64,000 bases of DNA from Rhizodiscina lignyota (taxonomy: Eukaryota). The notes under the pieces are model-generated. The model saw nothing but the letters and a program-made list of their open reading frames with translations. It was not told where the DNA came from and did not search any database. The translations under genes and the position numbers were made by a program. The stretch spans positions 372,001 to 436,000 of the forward strand of contig ML978138.1 of assembly GCA_010015805.1 (NCBI GenBank), in the 5' to 3' direction. This document shows, piece by piece, positions 62,117 through 64,000 of the stretch (positions within the stretch are counted from its first letter, which is position 1; each line of letters opens with the position of its first letter).

Positions 62117-62984
62117 GTGAAAACGAGCAGGAATCCTTCACTGCCCGTACGTACCGTCCGTATCGGCTTCTCTGTGGCACTGACTATTGTAGTTGAAACG
62201 TTTTATTGCACTTCTGGGGCAACATATCAGTCCGCACCATCTCAATACGCCTGCTGTCCACCAAATACAGGCACATGCTATGTGCCGACAGCCTGTGTGG
62301 GATTCTCTGGCCTACTTTATAATTTTAATGGCAACCCTTCAAGTTTTATTTGGTAAGGAGGACCGTCTTCATCCTTCCTTGAGTTCGTTAAGGCTGCAAT
62401 GGAGGCTCTGGTAGGACGTACTAATTATCCTTTAGCCCTACTCCCTATGCCTGCGCAACTCGGACGGTTTTCGAAGCCTATCCCACGATATCACCACTCA
62501 TTGATGTCCTGTGTATGGCTGAAGGTGATCCTCCCACGCTTTTCCGCAACGTGCCACGGCAGAATACAGCTACAACCACATCAAGTAACGCTCCCCCCGC
62601 TCCCCCCAGCCATTCCGGGAGTTTCCACTGATATTCTTATTTGTAGGCCCTTCATCCATATCGAGTCCAACCTCTATCCTGGCCTCGACCTCGACCTCAT
62701 CGAACTTAGTTTCGCACCGGTTCTCGTCCTCGTCCTCGTCCTCGTCCCTACCAAGTATGTCATCAGCGCCTGCTCCAGAAGTTCAACCACACTCTGCAAG
62801 CAAAGCGTGGATTGCAGGTGCGGTTGTTGGTCCCATCGCAGCTATCGCTATTGTGTGCCTCGCACTATGGATTTGGCACCGGAAGAAGAAACCGCCGCGA
62901 GTCTTAAACCCTGAGGCTACTCCTGCAGGCAAGACCGGAGTTGTAGCCTATTATAATGATTCTCAGCACTCACGTCCTTCGTAA
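62117..62984 (+). CDS. Cys-rich ectodomain / Ser-rich stalk / single-TM membrane protein (Mid2/Wsc-like architecture); exon structure unclear, possibly degenerate
   Basis: Fragments FYCTSG...YACCPP..TCYVPTACVG, a (CTCGTC)n Ser-rich stalk and KAWIAGAVVGPIAAIAIVCLALWIWHRKKK. Boundaries approximate. Confidence 0.5.
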
Positions 62985-63807
62985 AACAACCGCACATTCA
63001 GGTTCATGAACCATGCCCAGGAAACTAATTATCTTTCACTGGAACTTTTCATGTGGTCATGCCTTCTTTAAGATGGGTGGTTACAGTACGACTGAATGAA
63101 TATCATGAATAATATCTTTCATTTTACTTCGTATTCAGTCACTTGATGACCTTGACACGAATACGTACAGCCATGAATCGCTCAACAGCGGGAAGGCTTT
63201 CCTGTTCCTTGCATTGACGCCGTTCTTATGACATACTGCGAGAATTTCCCCCATGAACCCGTCCGATTGATATCCGAGAGGTCCAATATCCATGGTGATG
63301 CCATGCCGACTCGACCGAGTTGCGTGCGCCACATGCGGGATGATCGCACAGCTTGCGACATGGTGGGACCTCAGGCACTGGTTATAATGTCCCATCCGCC
63401 AACCACTCGTATGCCAGCCACCCCAGCTTTGACGTGTACCTTTCAGGTTTGTGATAAGTTCCCTGCCGACATTATAAGCGCAGCTGCAAGGCGGCCGCGG
63501 AGCCTGTGACGCAAGCCCCGCTGTTGTGGGAGCTGCTTGATCAAGCTTTCCGCCTCAAGCCGCATGCTCGATCAAACGCTTATTCACCAGGCCTACCGCT
63601 GAACTAATAAATACCACATTTCCAACCTGCTCTGAGCTTTGTCCCTTCCCTTGGAGTCTCCTGCTTTCGCAATTGGGGTCAATTGAGTGCTGCCGCGTCG
63701 TTTGATACCCTTGCCTTGCTTTCTTTTGCAGACGGTTACATCACGATTGCAGTTGCACGTGAAAGCTTTCCTTCTTTAGAAGAGATTGAAGAACTGAAAA
63801 CAACACA

Positions 63808-63917
63808 ATGGCGAACGCAAAAGTGACTGGGGACAAGCCGATTCCAGGCACGAGCAGGAAGATTGAGCTCTACTCGCCTACGTACTTCGCTGCTTGCACA
63901 ATCGGTGGTATAATTGG
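63808..63917 (+). CDS. Mitochondrial phosphate carrier (Pic2/Mir1 family), first exon; 3'-partial
   Basis: KIELYSPTYFAACTIGGII followed by donor GTACGT. Confidence 0.75.
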
Positions 63918-64000
63918 TACGTCACCATTCCTTCACTCAAGCTTCCAATTGAGCTTTGATTATGATGTTTCGAGCTCTTATCTCGAAAATTGAACTTCCT

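Overview
Eukaryotic DNA from a filamentous ascomycete (Pezizomycotina, probably a Dothideomycete; inferred from short GT-AG introns with CTRAC branch points and the gene families present). About 25 genes or gene relics are visible. Core genes: SWD1, a spartin/senescence-domain gene, a bZIP factor, CSN7, the NIK1/OS-1 histidine kinase, a RING-SNF2 helicase, FHIP, ERG1, LOA1/VPS66 and a mitochondrial phosphate carrier. An accessory block at ~14.8-27.6 kb holds a methyltransferase, carboxylesterase, MFS transporter, pseudo-protease and three pseudogenes. The main discovery is at 45976-52760. A HET-domain gene is cut inside its conserved WADAICI|EQ motif by a 4,674-bp insertion (47470-52143). The insertion is bounded by a 5-bp direct repeat (ATGCA) and 12-bp subterminal inverted repeats (GCAACGAAACAT / ATGTTTCGTTGC), and removing it restores the HET reading frame exactly. 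No transposase or recombinase is recognisable inside it. Its cargo is two convergent secreted-protein genes: a Kex2-type repeat precursor (24 FNNEQ repeats, 6 KR sites, 11 RGD motifs) and a small Asn/Gly-rich partner sharing the DNFNNEQGG and SNVQ(V/I)N motifs. This suggests a mobile two-component secreted amyloid/peptide system; the function is inference. Also notable: a bacterial-like glyoxalase gene, a DcsG-like ATP-grasp pseudogene, a 130-aa insert or possible exitron in the NIK1 ATPase domain, and a degenerate triplicated repeat at 43.1-44.7 kb. Family assignments come from motif recognition only; no searches were run.
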